A DNA stretch of 64,000 nucleotides from an uncultured Gammaproteobacteria bacterium (GCA_963741255.1 CAVUHM010000001.1:10675-74674), one strand, 5' to 3'; positions 47,209 through 58,691 are shown, counted from the stretch's first letter. Program-made: numbers and translations. Notes: generated by a model from the letters alone, not told the origin.

Positions 47209-49510
47209 ATGTCGCCGCGGGCAATACTGCTCGTCAGCATAGGGCTGCCCGCGGTCACGCTCGCCGCTGTGGCCGCTTGGAAGCTGCGCGATCGCGAGCG
47301 AGTCGAACCGCAAGCGGTGCTGGAGCGTTATTGCATCGAGTGTCACAACTCAGCGGAACGCGCGGGAGATCTCGCGCTCGATCGGCTGTCGCTCGACCTC
47401 GTAGAGCCGGACGTGCATGCGTGGGAGCAGGTGGTGCGGAAGGTTCGGACGGGATTCATGCCGCCGGTCGGGGAGCCGCGGTCCGCCGCGCGTTGTGCTC
47501 GACGGTTTCGCTGCGGCCCTCGAACAGCGGCTCGACGCCACGGCGCAGGCGGCACCGCGCGCGGGATTCAAGACCGTCTCGCGCTTGAATCGCACCGAGT
47601 ACACGAACGCGATCCGAGACCTGCTCGCCTACGACGCAAGCTCCGTCGCGGCGACGCTCCCGGCCGACGATGCGATTCAGGGTTTCGACAACGTTGCGGC
47701 AGCGCTCACCGTTTCACCTACGCTGATTGAGCGCTACGTCGCCGCGGCGGCGAAGATCAGCCGCGCAGCGGTCGGGGACCGCACCCACGCCCGTACACAA
47801 GTCAGTTACGCGGCGCCGGGCGGGACGCAGGCAAGCCACGTGGACGGCCTGCCGCTCGGTACCCGCGGCGGATTCAAGCTCGTGCACGACTTTCCGCTCG
47901 ACGCAACCTACGAGATCCGCATCCGATCCCGGGGCTTTGGACCTCTGGCGGGTCAACGCGTGTGCCCATTGCCGCGAATCGACGTCACGCTGGACGGCGC
48001 GCCGCTCGCCGTCGTGAACCCCGACTCGTTTCGGCAGCGCATCGGCGCCGGGCCGCATGCATTGACCGTTGCGTTGCTCGACGAGCATCGGTGCGAGGGT
48101 GTCAACGAGTTGTTCGGCGTGTACGCGCCGGCCGGGGGCGTGGACGCCGTGGAGATACACGGGCCCTTCGAGCCCGAAGGACTCGGCGACACGCCGAGCC
48201 GGCGCGCCATCTTCGTTTGCCGCCCGTCGTCTCCCGAGCAGGAGACTGCATGCGCAAGCGAGATCCTCACGCGACTTGCGACACGCGGTTATCGCCAGGC
48301 CGTGCGCGAGGATGACCTTGGCCTAGCCACGCTGATGAGCTTCTACCGGCAAGGCCGGCAAGACGGTGATTTCGAGAGCGGCATCGAGCGGGCGCTCGCG
48401 CGCCTCCTCGTCGATCCGCGATTCCTGTATCGGCTCGAGGCAGAGCCGGAGGACATCGCGCCGGGCACGACCTATGCGTTGACCGACGTCGAGCTTGCAT
48501 CGCGTCTGTCGTTCTTCCTGTGGAGCAGCATCCCCGACGACGAGCTGCTGGCCGTCGCCGCGGCCGGTGAGCTGGGCGAGAAGGACACGCTCGAGCAGCA
48601 GGTTCGGCGCATGCTCGCCGACCCGCGCTCGATTGCGCTCGTCGAGAATTTCGCCGGCCAGTGGCTGAAGCTGCGCGAGCTCGACGATGCGCTGCCGCAA
48701 GACGCCGGGTTCGACGCCCGGCTCCGCGACTCCTTCCGGCGGGAGACCGAGCTGCTGTTCGAGCACGTCGCTCCGCGACGACCTGCCGCGTGCTCGATTT
48801 GCTTGCCGCGCGTTACACGTTTCTCGACGAGCGCCTCGCGCGCCACTACGGTATCGACGGCGTGATCGGCAGCTATTTCCGGCGCGTGGAATTGCCCGAG
48901 GACAGCCCCCGCGGCGGACTGCTTGGGGCAGGGCAGCATCCTGACGGCCACGTCGGTCGCGAACCGCACGTCGCCGGTCGTCCGCGGCGCGTGGATCGTC
49001 GAGAACCTGCTCGGCGCCGAGGTGCCGCCCCCGCCGCCCGGTGTCGAAGCGGATCTCTCCGGCGCGCGCTCGCCGGCCGAAGCGAAGACGTTGCGCCAGC
49101 GCATGGAGGCGCACCGCACGAATACCGTCTGCGCAGCCTGTCACCAGCTCATCGACCCGTTCGGCTTCGCGCTCGAGACCGTTCGATCTCGTCGGCCGCT
49201 GGCGGGACAGCGATGCCGGCGAGCCGATCGATGCCACTGCGACGCTCGTCGACGGCACGGCCCTCGACGGGCCGGCCTCGCTGCGCCGCGCGCTGTTCGA
49301 GCCGCTCCGACGCGTTCGTCACGGCGTTCACGGAGCGGCTCATGACCTATGCGCTCGGGCGCATCCTCGACGCGCACGACAGGCCGGCCGTGCGCCGCAT
49401 CGTCGCGACCGCGGCCGCCGACGAGCATCGTTTTTCCGCGCATCGTCTCGGCATCGTCATGAGCCCGCAATTTCGCAGTGCAGACCAAGCGCACGACGGA
49501 GGAACCATGA
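47209..49510 (+). pseudogene. DUF1592/DUF1588-type large heme-motif protein (copy 2); frame broken at least 5 times
   Basis: N-terminal CIECHN and C-terminal CAACHQLIDPFGFALE. VELASRLSFFLWSSIPDDELL, NFAGQWLKLREL and NRTSPVVRGAW. Pieces lie in ORFs 47209-47730, 47417-48865, 48661-50208, 48923-49345 and 49041-51275. Confidence 0.75.
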
Positions 49511-50421
49511 GCCACCGCGATTTCACCCGAACTTCGCGCCGCACGCTGCTCGCAGCCGGCGCCGGGCTTGCCGGCCGGTTGCGCTGCGCGGACCGCGCGC
49601 AGCGACCGCGCAGCCGCGTCCCGATGCCGCGGTGCCGAGCGGAACCGACGGCCGCCGCGATCGCGGCCGCGTTGCCGCTCGACACGCTCGGGCTCGAGCA
49701 TATCGGCACCGTCGTGCCCGATGTGACGCGCGCCGCGCGCTTCTACTCGCGCGTGTTCAATCCCGTGCTCTACAAGGAGCGGGACGAGCCGTTGCGCTAC
49801 TACGTGACGCTCGACCCCGGCTACATCGCGCTCGGCAGCCGCGCCAACGAGACGCGCGCGTTCATCGACCACGACTGTGCACTGCTGCGCAGCTACGACC
49901 GCGCCGCGATGGCGCGGCGGCTCGAAGCCGAAGGCCTGCCGGCCGGACGCTTCGGCGTCATTCCGGATCCCGACGGCCTCGGCCTTCAGTTGCTCGGCGC
50001 GCCGGGCGGTCTCGCCGGCTCGACGGTAGCCGGCGGGCCGTCTCGTCGAGGGCGAGCCGCTCGTGCGGCCGCGAGGGCTCGCCTACGTCGTGCGGTACGT
50101 GGCCGACCTCGAGCGCTCGGCGGCGTTCTACCGGAAAATGTTCGGCACGGAGCTGCCCGACGACGGCGGCGGTCTCGCTTTCTCGCGCCGCACATACGCG
50201 CTGGATAGTGCGGACGGCACCGACGAACGAAGCGCCGCGCATCGACCGCGTCGGCGTCAACGTCGCGCGCTTCGATGCGGCAGCCGTCGCACGTGAGCTC
50301 GAGGCACTCGGCGCACGCGTCGATCTCGACTGCGCCGGAGCGCTTGCACTTCCGCTGCCCGGACGGCCTCGGCGTCGAGCTCGTGCCCGTCGATCCGGCG
50401 CGCATCTGGGGGCTCGCATGA
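49507..50421 (+). pseudogene. two-domain VOC (glyoxalase/dioxygenase-fold) protein with TAT signal; frame broken about 3 times
   Basis: GGAGGA lies before ATG 49507. N-terminus TSRRTLLAAGAGLAG. LEHIGTVVPDVTRAARFYSRVFNP and YVVRYVADLERSAAFYRKMFG are VOC beta-alpha-beta-beta-beta starts. The end GVELVPVDPARIWGLA overlaps the next start (ATGA at about 50418-50421). Confidence 0.6.
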
Positions 50422-51758
50422 GCGCGAGCGCTGCGGACGGGCCGGCACTGTCGCGGCGCGACGTTGCTGCGCGGCGCCGGCGCGACGATCGCGTTGCCGT
50501 TCTTGAGCTCGATGCTGCCGGCGGGACGCGCGTCGGCGGCGACGCCGCGCGTCGCGCTTTGCCTGCATCTACATCCCGCACGGCGCCGTCATGCGGCAGT
50601 GGACGCCGGCGACGGACGGCGCAGGCGTTCGAGCTCGCCGCCGATTCTGCGCTCGCTCGAGCCGTTCCGCGATCGGCTCAACGTCGTCAGCGATCTCGAC
50701 GCTGCCGCTCGCCTACGGCGAGGACGCCTCGGCGGGCGCAAACCACACGCGCTCGTCGGCTGTCTGGATCACGTGCACGCAGCCCGAGCACGGGCGCGAC
50801 ACCACGGCTCGGCATCTCCGCTCGATCAAGTGGCCGCGCAAGCCTTCGGCCAGGACACGCCGCTGCCGTCGCTGGAGTTGTCGCTCGAGGAGGGCGGCTT
50901 GAGCGGTGGCTCGGGTCTGTCGGGCGCCTACCGCAATACGATCGCGTGGCGCACGCCGACGGCTCCGCTGCCGATGGAGGTGAATCCGCAAGTCGTGTTC
51001 GAGCGACTGTTCGGCGACGGCGCGACGGTCGAGCGAGCGCGCGCAGCGGCGCGAGGCGAGCCGCGAGCCTGCTCGACTCGGTGCTCGAGGATGCGGCCAG
51101 CACTCGACGCGCACGCTGCCCGGCCGACGACCGCGCGCGTCTCGAACGCCACCTCGAGGACGTCCGCGAAGTCGAGCGGCGTATCGAGCTCGCGGGCAGC
51201 AAGGTGCGCGCGATCTCGACGTGCCGGCGCAGCCCGCAGGCGTGCCCGACGATTTCGAGCAGCATGCGAAGCTGATGTTCGACTTGCTGGCGCTCGCGTG
51301 GGCCGCCGATCTCACGCGCGTCGGCACGCTCATGATCGCGAAGGAAGTCAGCAACGCCGTTTATCCCGCGAGCGGCATCAACGATCCGTTCCACAATCTG
51401 TCGCACCACTCGGAGGTGCCGGCCAACATCGAGCGCTACGCGCGCTTGAACGCGTATCACACGAGCACGACGCTCGCGTATTTCCTCGGCAAGCTGCGCG
51501 ACACGCCCGACGGCGACGGCACGCTGCTCGACCATTCGCTCGTGCTCTACGGCAGCGGCATGAGCAACTCGAACCAGCACGACCACGAGCCGTTGCCGAC
51601 GATCGTTGCGGGCGGCGCATCGGGCGCGCTGATCGGGTGGGCGTCACGTCCGCGCCGGCGCCGGCACGCCGATGGCGAATCTGCTGGTCGCGCTGCTGCA
51701 GAAGCTCGGCGTCGACGCCGAGCGTTTCGGCGACAGCACGGGAGTCGTGTCGATATGA
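50418..51758 (+). pseudogene. DUF1552 family protein (copy 2); frame broken at least 6 times
   Basis: TLLRGAGATIALPFLSSMLP, IYIPHGAV, ILRSLEPFRDRLNVVSDL, PSLELSLEE, NPQVVFERLFGD, LLDSVLEDA, DLTRVGTLMIAKEVSN, SHHSE and LVLYGSGMSNSNQHDH are colinear with the intact copy at 11948-13276. They are scattered over ORFs 49041-51275, 50464-51789, 50591-50902 and 51221-52267. Confidence 0.7.
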
Positions 51759-53334
51759 GGCGCGCGTGGGCCGGGCTGTGCCTGCCTAGCATTGCGCGGA
51801 TTTTGCCGCGGGGCAGAGCGCGATTACGCGACGCTCGCGGACGCAGCCATGAACCGCGACGCGGGCGCGGTGCGTGCTCTGCTCGCCGCCGGTGCGGACG
51901 TGAACGCGCTCGGCACGTACGGCACACCCGCGCTGCATTGGCTCGTCCGCGTCGAGGATCCGCGCGAGCGCGGGCGCTGCTGCTCGACGCCGGCGCGGAC
52001 CCGAACCTCCGGAGCGCACAGGGCGTTGCGCCGCTGCACCTCGCGCTCGCGAATCGCGATCGTCGGGACGGTGGGCCTGCTGTCGCCGCCGGAGCGGACG
52101 CGACGCTCGCCGATCATGCCGGCGAGACTCCGCTGATGCTCGCTGCACGTGCACGGCGACGCCACGATCGTCGCGCGGCTGCTCGCGGCGGGTGCGCCCG
52201 TCGACACGCGCGAGGCCGAGTACGATCAGACGGCGCTCATGGTCGCCGCTCGCGAGAGCAACGTTGAGGTCGTGCGAATGCTGGTCGCGGCAGGCGCCGA
52301 CGTGAATGCTCGAAACGCGGGCCGGGGCCGTGCCTGCGTTTCCGTAAGCCGGCCGACAACGCGGGCTCGAAAGGAATCGGCATCGTTCGCGGTGGCTGGC
52401 CCGAGCGCGGCATGCGCGCGCCTATTCCAGGCGCGAAGACGCCGTTGCTGTACGCGACCCGCCGCGGCGACCTCGCGATCACGAAGACGCTCGTCGAAGC
52501 AGGTGCGGACGCTCGAGCTCGCCGACGCGGATGGCATCACGCCACTGCTAAACGCCATTTTGAACGCGAGCATCGCGGCGGCCCGTGGGGCACCGAAGGG
52601 GGCTGCGCATTTTGCCATCGCGCACTATCTGATCGAGCGCGGCGCCAACGTGAACACAGTCGATTGGTACGGCGAGACGCCGCTGTGGGCTGCTGTCGAC
52701 GTCCGTAATCTCGACGTCAACGGCCCGGGGCGCGACAACGGCATCGATCGAGGGGCGGCGCTCGACGCTCATCGAAACTCTGCTCGCGGCGGGTGCCGAT
52801 CCGAACGCACGCACGATCGAGTATCCGCCGGAGCGGCGGTTCCTGACGCCGCTCGGCTCGCTGTCCTGGGTCGACTTCACCGGGCAGACGCCGTTCCTTC
52901 GCGCTGCGCTCGCTGGCGACGTGACAGTCATGCGTCTCACGCTCGCGCACGGCGCCGATCCCGCGATCGGCACATTCGCGGGCACAACTCCACTGATGGC
53001 GGCTGCCGGCATCAACTGGGTATTCAATCAGACGTTCGACGAAGGGCCGGAAGCGCTGCTCGAAGCCGTGGCGCTGTGTTTCGAGCTTGGGGCACGACGT
53101 CAACGCGACGAACACGATGGGCCTTACTGCGATTCACGGGGCCGCAAACCGCGGCTCGAACGACATCATCGAGTTCCTCGCGGCGCCGCGGCGCCGATGC
53201 TCGACACACCGGACCCGCACGGGCGTACACCGTCGGTTTGGGCCGAAGGCGTCTTCCTCGCGACGCACCCTCCGCAGCGCAAACCCGAGACGATCGAGTT
53301 GCTCGCGCGCCTGCTACGGACGGCACCGCCATGA
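51755..53334 (+). pseudogene. ankyrin-repeat protein (copy 2); frame broken many times
   Basis: Its start overlaps the DUF1552 stop (ATGA at about 51755-51758). Ankyrin repeats are found in ORFs 51792-52136, 51221-52267, 52149-53807, 52412-52708, 53087-53419 and 52921-53334 (for example GTPALHWL, GVAPLHLA, GETPLMLAA, KTPLLYATRRGDLAITKTLVEAGAD, GITPLLNA, GETPLWAA, GTTPLMAAAG, GLTAIHGAANRG). Confidence 0.65.
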
Positions 53335-53423
53335 AGCCGACGAGGACCCGATCGGCAATATTCCGATCATTCCGGTCATCGGTGCTGCGAAGGGCACTTC
53401 CTTTCGCTATATTGAATAACACT

Positions 53424-53807
53424 ATGACGTTGCGTTCGGGTTTTTTTGGCGTACTCGTGCTCGTGGCGGGGGCCGCCTACGCGCACCACTCGGCGCCGGT
53501 CTTCTACAACGTCAATGAGCGTACGACCGTTAGCGGCACGGTCACCGAGTTTCGTTTCAGCAACCCGCACGCGATCCTCAAGCTCGAGGTAGTGGGCGCG
53601 GACGGCGAGAAGCAGCAGTGGACGGCCGAGACCACATCGCCGTCGATCTTGCGCCGGCGCGGCTGGAGTCAGACGAGCTTCAAGCCTGGCGACAAGGTGA
53701 AGCTCGAAGGGATGCCTTCGCTCGATGGCACGTATTTGATCCGCATCACGCGCGCGTTCCACGAGGACGGAACTGAAATCGGCCTGCCGCCGGGCACCAA
53801 CAACTGA
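53424..53807 (+). CDS. small secreted protein with predicted mature N-terminus HHS (DUF6152-like, copy 3)
   Basis: In the frame of ORF 52149-53807, from MTLRSGFFGVLVLVAGAAYA|HHSAPVFYN. NPH motif (FSNPHAILKLEV), W.AE..SP....RGW and PGDKV. A TATATT -10-like hexamer lies about 15 nt upstream. Confidence 0.75.
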   Translation: MTLRSGFFGVLVLVAGAAYAHHSAPVFYNVNERTTVSGTVTEFRFSNPHAILKLEVVGADGEKQQWTAETTSPSILRRRGWSQTSFKPGDKVKLEGMPSLDGTYLIRITRAFHEDGTEIGLPPGTNN

Positions 53808-53808
53808 T

Positions 53809-54600
53809 ATGCGGGCGCTAAACCTTCTGACCGCGCTCGCCGGGTGCGTTGCAGGTGTCGGCGCAACGATGGGGAACCTTCATGCCCAGTCGCCGCAAGG
53901 TCACGGCATCGCGGGCTTCTGGTCCATGACTCCGGGGCCGACGCCGCCTCGGCGGGCTGCGACGCCGGCGGAAGCCGAGCTGATCGCGCAGTTCCGCGAA
54001 GGCCACTTGCTGCTCGCCGACGCCGGCGCGACCGAGTTTCCGCCCGGGGACTACGGCGGACTGAGCGTGCACGCGAGCTTGCGCGAAGCAGCGAAAAGCT
54101 ATGATCCCGAAAACCAGACGGACGTGTCGTTGACCTGCCGGCCGCCGGGCGTGATCTACTCGATGCAGGGCCCGTTCCCGCTCGAGATCTTCGAAGGCCG
54201 CGACCTCATCGTCATCAAGCTCGAGTACTTCGATCTCGTGCGCATCATCTTCATGAACGAAACAGAGCACCCCGACGATTGGCCGCACTCGCAGACCGGC
54301 CATTCGATCGGCCGCTGGGAAGGAGACACGCTGATAGTCGACACGACCCGGCTGATGCCCGGCACGCTGTTCAACAACGGGATCGACTATACGCAAGACG
54401 TGCGCCTTCTCGAACGGTTCCGCCTCGCCGACGCCAACACGCTGATCGTCACGCAACAGTTCGAGGATCCCGGCTCCTTCGAAGGGACGGCCGCGCGAAT
54501 CATGTCATTTCGGCGCGGCGATGATCACGTTTACCCCTACGAGTGCGATCCAACGTACGGTCTCGCCATCGAGTCGCGCCAAGGTCCGGACTCGGAGTAG
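53809..54600 (+). CDS. GDTLV-motif periplasmic protein (unassigned family)
   Basis: Intact 263-aa ORF starting 1 nt after the HHS gene stop. It has a signal peptide and motifs LTCRPPGV, GRWEGDTLIVDTTR, LLERF and C-terminal YPYECDP. Confidence 0.8.
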   Translation: MRALNLLTALAGCVAGVGATMGNLHAQSPQGHGIAGFWSMTPGPTPPRRAATPAEAELIAQFREGHLLLADAGATEFPPGDYGGLSVHASLREAAKSYDPENQTDVSLTCRPPGVIYSMQGPFPLEIFEGRDLIVIKLEYFDLVRIIFMNETEHPDDWPHSQTGHSIGRWEGDTLIVDTTRLMPGTLFNNGIDYTQDVRLLERFRLADANTLIVTQQFEDPGSFEGTAARIMSFRRGDDHVYPYECDPTYGLAIESRQGPDSE

Positions 54601-54678
54601 GGTCTGTCGCGGGCTCGTCATGATCGATGCGGGGGAGTCACGGTGCGAACACAACCTTTCGGACAAATGGGAGAGACG

Positions 54679-56235
54679 ATGACGACGTTGCGACTCGTTG
54701 TAGCGACCGCCCTCACGATTGCGGCGCTCGCTGCGCATGCGTCGGCGCAGGCGCAGACCCAGGCGCAGGAGCGGGCGTGCGCTACGCTCGCCGGCCGTAC
54801 CGGCGGCCCCGAGGATCTGACGATCGACGAGGCGAGGTTCTATGCGAATCGCACGATAGCGGCTCGGCCCGGCGCCGAGATGACGCTGCCGCCGCACTGT
54901 CACGTCGCCGGCAGCTTCGAGCGCCGAACAGGCGTCGACGGTAAGCCGTACGCGATCGGTTTCGCGATCAACATGCCGGCCGAGTGGAACGGGCGGTTCA
55001 TGTTTCAGGGCGGCGGGGGATTGAACGGCGCGATCCGCGAGCCGGTTGGGTCACAAGTGGCCGGAGAGCGGACCGCGCTCGAGCGCGGCTTCGCGGTCGT
55101 CGCGACGGACAGCGGCCATCAGGGCAGCGGCTTCGACGGCAGCTTCATGGCCGATCAGCAGGCGTTGTTGAATTTCCAATTTCAAGCGAATGCGAAGACG
55201 ACCGAAGTCGCGCTTCCGATCGTCGAGGCGTACTACGGCGAGGCACCACATCACAGCTACTTTGTCGGATGCTCGACCGGCGGACGTGAAGGCATGATCA
55301 TGGCGCAGCGGTATCCAGATCTCTACGACGGCATCGTTTCCGGAGCTCCTGCGATGCGAACGACGATGAGCAATCTCGCGCTGCGCTGGATCAGCAATCA
55401 GTACGTCAAGGCGAAGGTCGAGACGCCGCGCGATCCGTTCACGCCGGAGGAGGAGCGGCTCGTCATGGGTGCGCTCATGCAGCGCTGCGACGCGCTCGAC
55501 GGTCAGGCGGACGGGCTCATCTTCAATCGCACGTCATGCGACTTCGACCCGACCGAGCTCGCATGCTCGGCCTCGGAGCGAGCTCCGCAGTGCCTCGCCC
55601 CCAACAAGGCGGAGGCGCTTGCGCGAGCCATGGCGGGACCCGTGAATGCAGCCGGCCTCCCGGTCTACGTCGGGTATCCGTACGACTCCGGCATCGACGA
55701 CTCCGGCGGCTTGCCGGGCCTGCTGCTCGCCGGCGGCAGCCCGCCGATCGGGCCAAACGGCGCCGACCTGCAGGATCAGAACGTCGACGCGGAATTCCTC
55801 GCTGCGATCGCTGCGAACGAAGCGCTGGGCAGCACGGCGTCGTACTACAACCTGACTTCGTTCGTCGGCCACGGCGGCAAGCAGATCTTTTATCACGGCG
55901 AAGCGGACCCGTGGTTTTCCGCGAACGACACCGTCCGCTATTTCGAGCAGATCGGCGAGGCGAACCGAGCGGTGCAGACGGTCGACGAGTATGGACGTTT
56001 GTATCTCGTCCCCGGCATGTCGCATTGCCAGGGCGGCGAGCTGACACCGGACTCGTTCGATTTGGTGACGCCGCTCGTCGAGTGGGTGGAGAAGGGCGAC
56101 GGGCCCGGCGCCGTGACGGCGACGGGCAGATCGATGCAGGGGCGGAGTCGGCCGCTATGCCCGTATCCGAGTTACGCGCACTACAAGAGCGGCGACGCGG
56201 CCGACGCTCGCAACTACGAATGCAGGACCCCTTGA
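54679..56235 (+). CDS. tannase/feruloyl esterase family serine hydrolase (copy 2), secreted
   Basis: ORF 54643-56235, with the likely start at MTTLRLVVATALTIAALAAHASA. It has FQGGGGLNG and GCSTGGREG and is colinear with the gene at 1392-2996. Confidence 0.85.
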   Translation: MTTLRLVVATALTIAALAAHASAQAQTQAQERACATLAGRTGGPEDLTIDEARFYANRTIAARPGAEMTLPPHCHVAGSFERRTGVDGKPYAIGFAINMPAEWNGRFMFQGGGGLNGAIREPVGSQVAGERTALERGFAVVATDSGHQGSGFDGSFMADQQALLNFQFQANAKTTEVALPIVEAYYGEAPHHSYFVGCSTGGREGMIMAQRYPDLYDGIVSGAPAMRTTMSNLALRWISNQYVKAKVETPRDPFTPEEERLVMGALMQRCDALDGQADGLIFNRTSCDFDPTELACSASERAPQCLAPNKAEALARAMAGPVNAAGLPVYVGYPYDSGIDDSGGLPGLLLAGGSPPIGPNGADLQDQNVDAEFLAAIAANEALGSTASYYNLTSFVGHGGKQIFYHGEADPWFSANDTVRYFEQIGEANRAVQTVDEYGRLYLVPGMSHCQGGELTPDSFDLVTPLVEWVEKGDGPGAVTATGRSMQGRSRPLCPYPSYAHYKSGDAADARNYECRTP

Positions 56236-56294
56236 GCAAGCCCGCCTAGCACGCGTGCTGGTGGTGCTCGAGACAATCGTCTAGCGCATTCGCC

Positions 56295-57578
56295 TTAGCG
56301 GGAGAATATCGTCGTGTCGATGGCGCTCGCCATGGCGGCGTTGCCGGCGTCGTTCGGATGGATGTGATCGCCGCTGTCGAGCTCCGGTGCGAGCCGCGCC
56401 GGTTGCCGAGGGTCGCGTGTCGCTGAGTCGAAATCGGCCACCGCATCGAGCTTGCCGGTCGTCCGGATCCATGCGTTGACGGCCTGACGCATCGCCTCCG
56501 TCTCGGCGTTGTGCAGCCATAGTCCGCCCATCGGCATCAGCGTGCCGCCCATGACCTTGATGCCGCGCGCATGCGCACGATCGACGATCTGCTCGAGGGT
56601 TTCGATGACCTCGTCGGCCGTCGTGCTCTGCGTGTCAGGCACGGCTGGAAGCGATGACCAAGTAATGTCGTTGATGCCTTCGAACAGCACGAGCCACCGC
56701 ACGCCGGCGCGCGCGAGCACGTCGCGATCGAAACGGCCGAGCGCGCTCGCGCCGATGACGTCGCGCCGCACGCGGTTGCCGGAGATCCCGGCGTTGATCA
56801 CCGCCCAGTGGCGGGTCGCGGGGTTGGCCTGAAGCTTCGCTGCGAGCAGCGACGGCCACGCTCGATGAGTATCGGGTGTCGTGGTGACCCCGTCGGTAAT
56901 CGAATCGCCCAGCACTACGATGGCACCCGCGTCGGCGGAAGCGAGCACCTCGACGCCGGCCAGCCAAAAATACGTGAGATTGGTCCGCGCGTTTGGCAGC
57001 GCTGTGGCGGCAGCGGCGTTGCCGGCAACGACGTAGGTCGTGTTGAGTGCGAACTCATGGGTCGTCACGCCCGGCGTTTCGTTCGGGAGATACACGGAGA
57101 CCGCGAGCTCCGTGAGCGGCGGCACCGCGAGTTCGACGGGATCGCTGACCACGAGCGTGCCGGGTTGAACGGAAAACGACGCTTTGCCGCCGAACGTTAC
57201 CGCACGATCAGTTTCCGTGACGATCGCCGATCCGCGCTCGCGTAGCGCCACGTGCACGGCGCCGACGTTTACCTCGCTCTGGCCGAGCGCATTCGACAGC
57301 GTCAGGCGCAAACGATCGCCGCCGACGCTCGTCCGCACGATCATGCGAACGGTTTCGTCATGGAACGACGACGGGTAGGGAGGCAGCAGCGGGGGCGGGG
57401 GCGGCTCGTTCGGCTCGCGCGGTGGCGGCACGACCCAAACCGGCAGCGTCTCGGCGGCGAGCTGCTGAGCCGTACCCCAAGTGCTGACCCAGTGCGGGTT
57501 TCGGCCAGTGTCCGGCGTTTGCGCCGCGCAAACACAACAGCACAGCAGGAGAGCGAGCGCCGAGAAACGCTTGTACAT
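56295..57578 (-). CDS. SGNH/GDSL-family hydrolase with N-terminal beta-rich domain, secreted
   Basis: ORF 56295-58274 trimmed to MYKRFSALALLLCCCVCAAQ. SGNH blocks VVLGDSITDG, NAGISGN, FEGINDI and GDHIHPN. Confidence 0.85.
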   Translation of the reverse strand: MYKRFSALALLLCCCVCAAQTPDTGRNPHWVSTWGTAQQLAAETLPVWVVPPPREPNEPPPPPLLPPYPSSFHDETVRMIVRTSVGGDRLRLTLSNALGQSEVNVGAVHVALRERGSAIVTETDRAVTFGGKASFSVQPGTLVVSDPVELAVPPLTELAVSVYLPNETPGVTTHEFALNTTYVVAGNAAAATALPNARTNLTYFWLAGVEVLASADAGAIVVLGDSITDGVTTTPDTHRAWPSLLAAKLQANPATRHWAVINAGISGNRVRRDVIGASALGRFDRDVLARAGVRWLVLFEGINDITWSSLPAVPDTQSTTADEVIETLEQIVDRAHARGIKVMGGTLMPMGGLWLHNAETEAMRQAVNAWIRTTGKLDAVADFDSATRDPRQPARLAPELDSGDHIHPNDAGNAAMASAIDTTIFSR

Positions 57579-57592
57579 CCGAGTTGCCGCCT

Positions 57593-58691
57593 TCAGCTCT
57601 TGCCGAGGCGCTCGGCGAAGAAACGGACGATCACGTCGTAGCACTCGCGCGATTCCGGCACGTCGGGGTTGTAGAAGAAACCGTGGAACATGCCCTCCCA
57701 AACGTGCAGATCGGCATCGACGCCGTGCTTCACGAGCTGAGCGTGCGTGTAGACGGCGTTGCTGAGCTCGAAGGAGCGCGTGCCCGTCACGATCAGAGTG
57801 GGAGGGAACATTGCGAGCACCTCGGGCGAGCTCGCCGGCGCGACGAGCGGATCGTTGGGCTCGGTGTCGGCGAAGTAATCCATGGGAACCGGATTGTCGG
57901 CGGCGCTCGGCGGCACGACGCGACCTTCCCCGAGCGGCAGCGTCGTGTAGCTCGCGTCGCCGCCGAAGGCCCCGCCGTCCGACACTCGCGGCGCCCGCGC
58001 ACAGGAGGCCGATGGCACCGGGTCGCGGCAGCCCGTGGCGCTGGAACCAGGCGACGGACATCGCCGTGAGCATGCCGCCGGCCGAGCAGCCGTAGATGCC
58101 GATGTTCTCGGCGCGATAGCTCTTCAGCAAGCTCGCGGTACGCCGCGGCGACGTCCTCGCTGGCCGCGGGATGGCGGTGCTCGGGGCCTTGGCGGTAGTC
58201 GAGGCGCGACCACTTTGATGCGCCCGAGCGCCGCGATCGGCATCGACTCGAGCTCCGCGCATGCTGGCCAGCACTCGCGAAAGCCGCCGCCGTGCAGATC
58301 GATGAGCACGCGGTCGCGATTTTCGGCCGCGATGCCGCCTCGCGGCGTGTAGACGTAGGCGTGCACGCCGCCGATCGTCGTCTCTTCGCGGTCGACCGGA
58401 AACAGCTCGCGCTGCCGCGCGATGTAACCCGCGATAAGCCGCGGCACGCCGTTTTCTTGGACGAGCATCTCAGGCCGCTGCAGATTGCGGAGGTGCTCCG
58501 CTAGATACGCTTTGCCTTCGGGGCTCAGAAATCCGGACACCGGCACCGTCTGTTCCGGCACGTGGACGGTGCCGTCGGGTTCGATTGCGACCTCGCGTGG
58601 TCGCGGCCGGTTGCGGAAGTGCCGCTGCGCCCAACAGCATCGCGAGGAAGCCGATCGCCATCGAACGCCTGAACATCGAGGGCCGTTGCAT
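57593..58691 (-). pseudogene. HSL-type (Abhydrolase_3) esterase/lipase, exported; frame broken at least 3 times
   Basis: Signal peptide in ORF 58470-58751. Oxyanion motif DLHGGGF in ORF 58124-58891. Nucleophile elbow IGIYGCSAGG in the upper part of ORF 56295-58274. C-terminal HVWEGMFHGF in ORF 57593-58018. Confidence 0.7.

Noticed and set aside
47209-53334. Programmed ribosomal frameshifting or recoding as the explanation for the frame changes
   Set aside because: There are far too many events, in both directions and in unrelated genes, with no recurring slippery heptamer or downstream structure. Indel error or decay is the simpler explanation.
56247-56258. Perfect 12-bp palindrome AGCACGCGTGCT between the convergent tannase and SGNH genes, as a possible bidirectional terminator
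   Set aside because: It has no loop and no flanking T or A tract, and palindromes of this size are expected by chance in GC-rich DNA. It may still be a protein-binding site, but there is no support for that.
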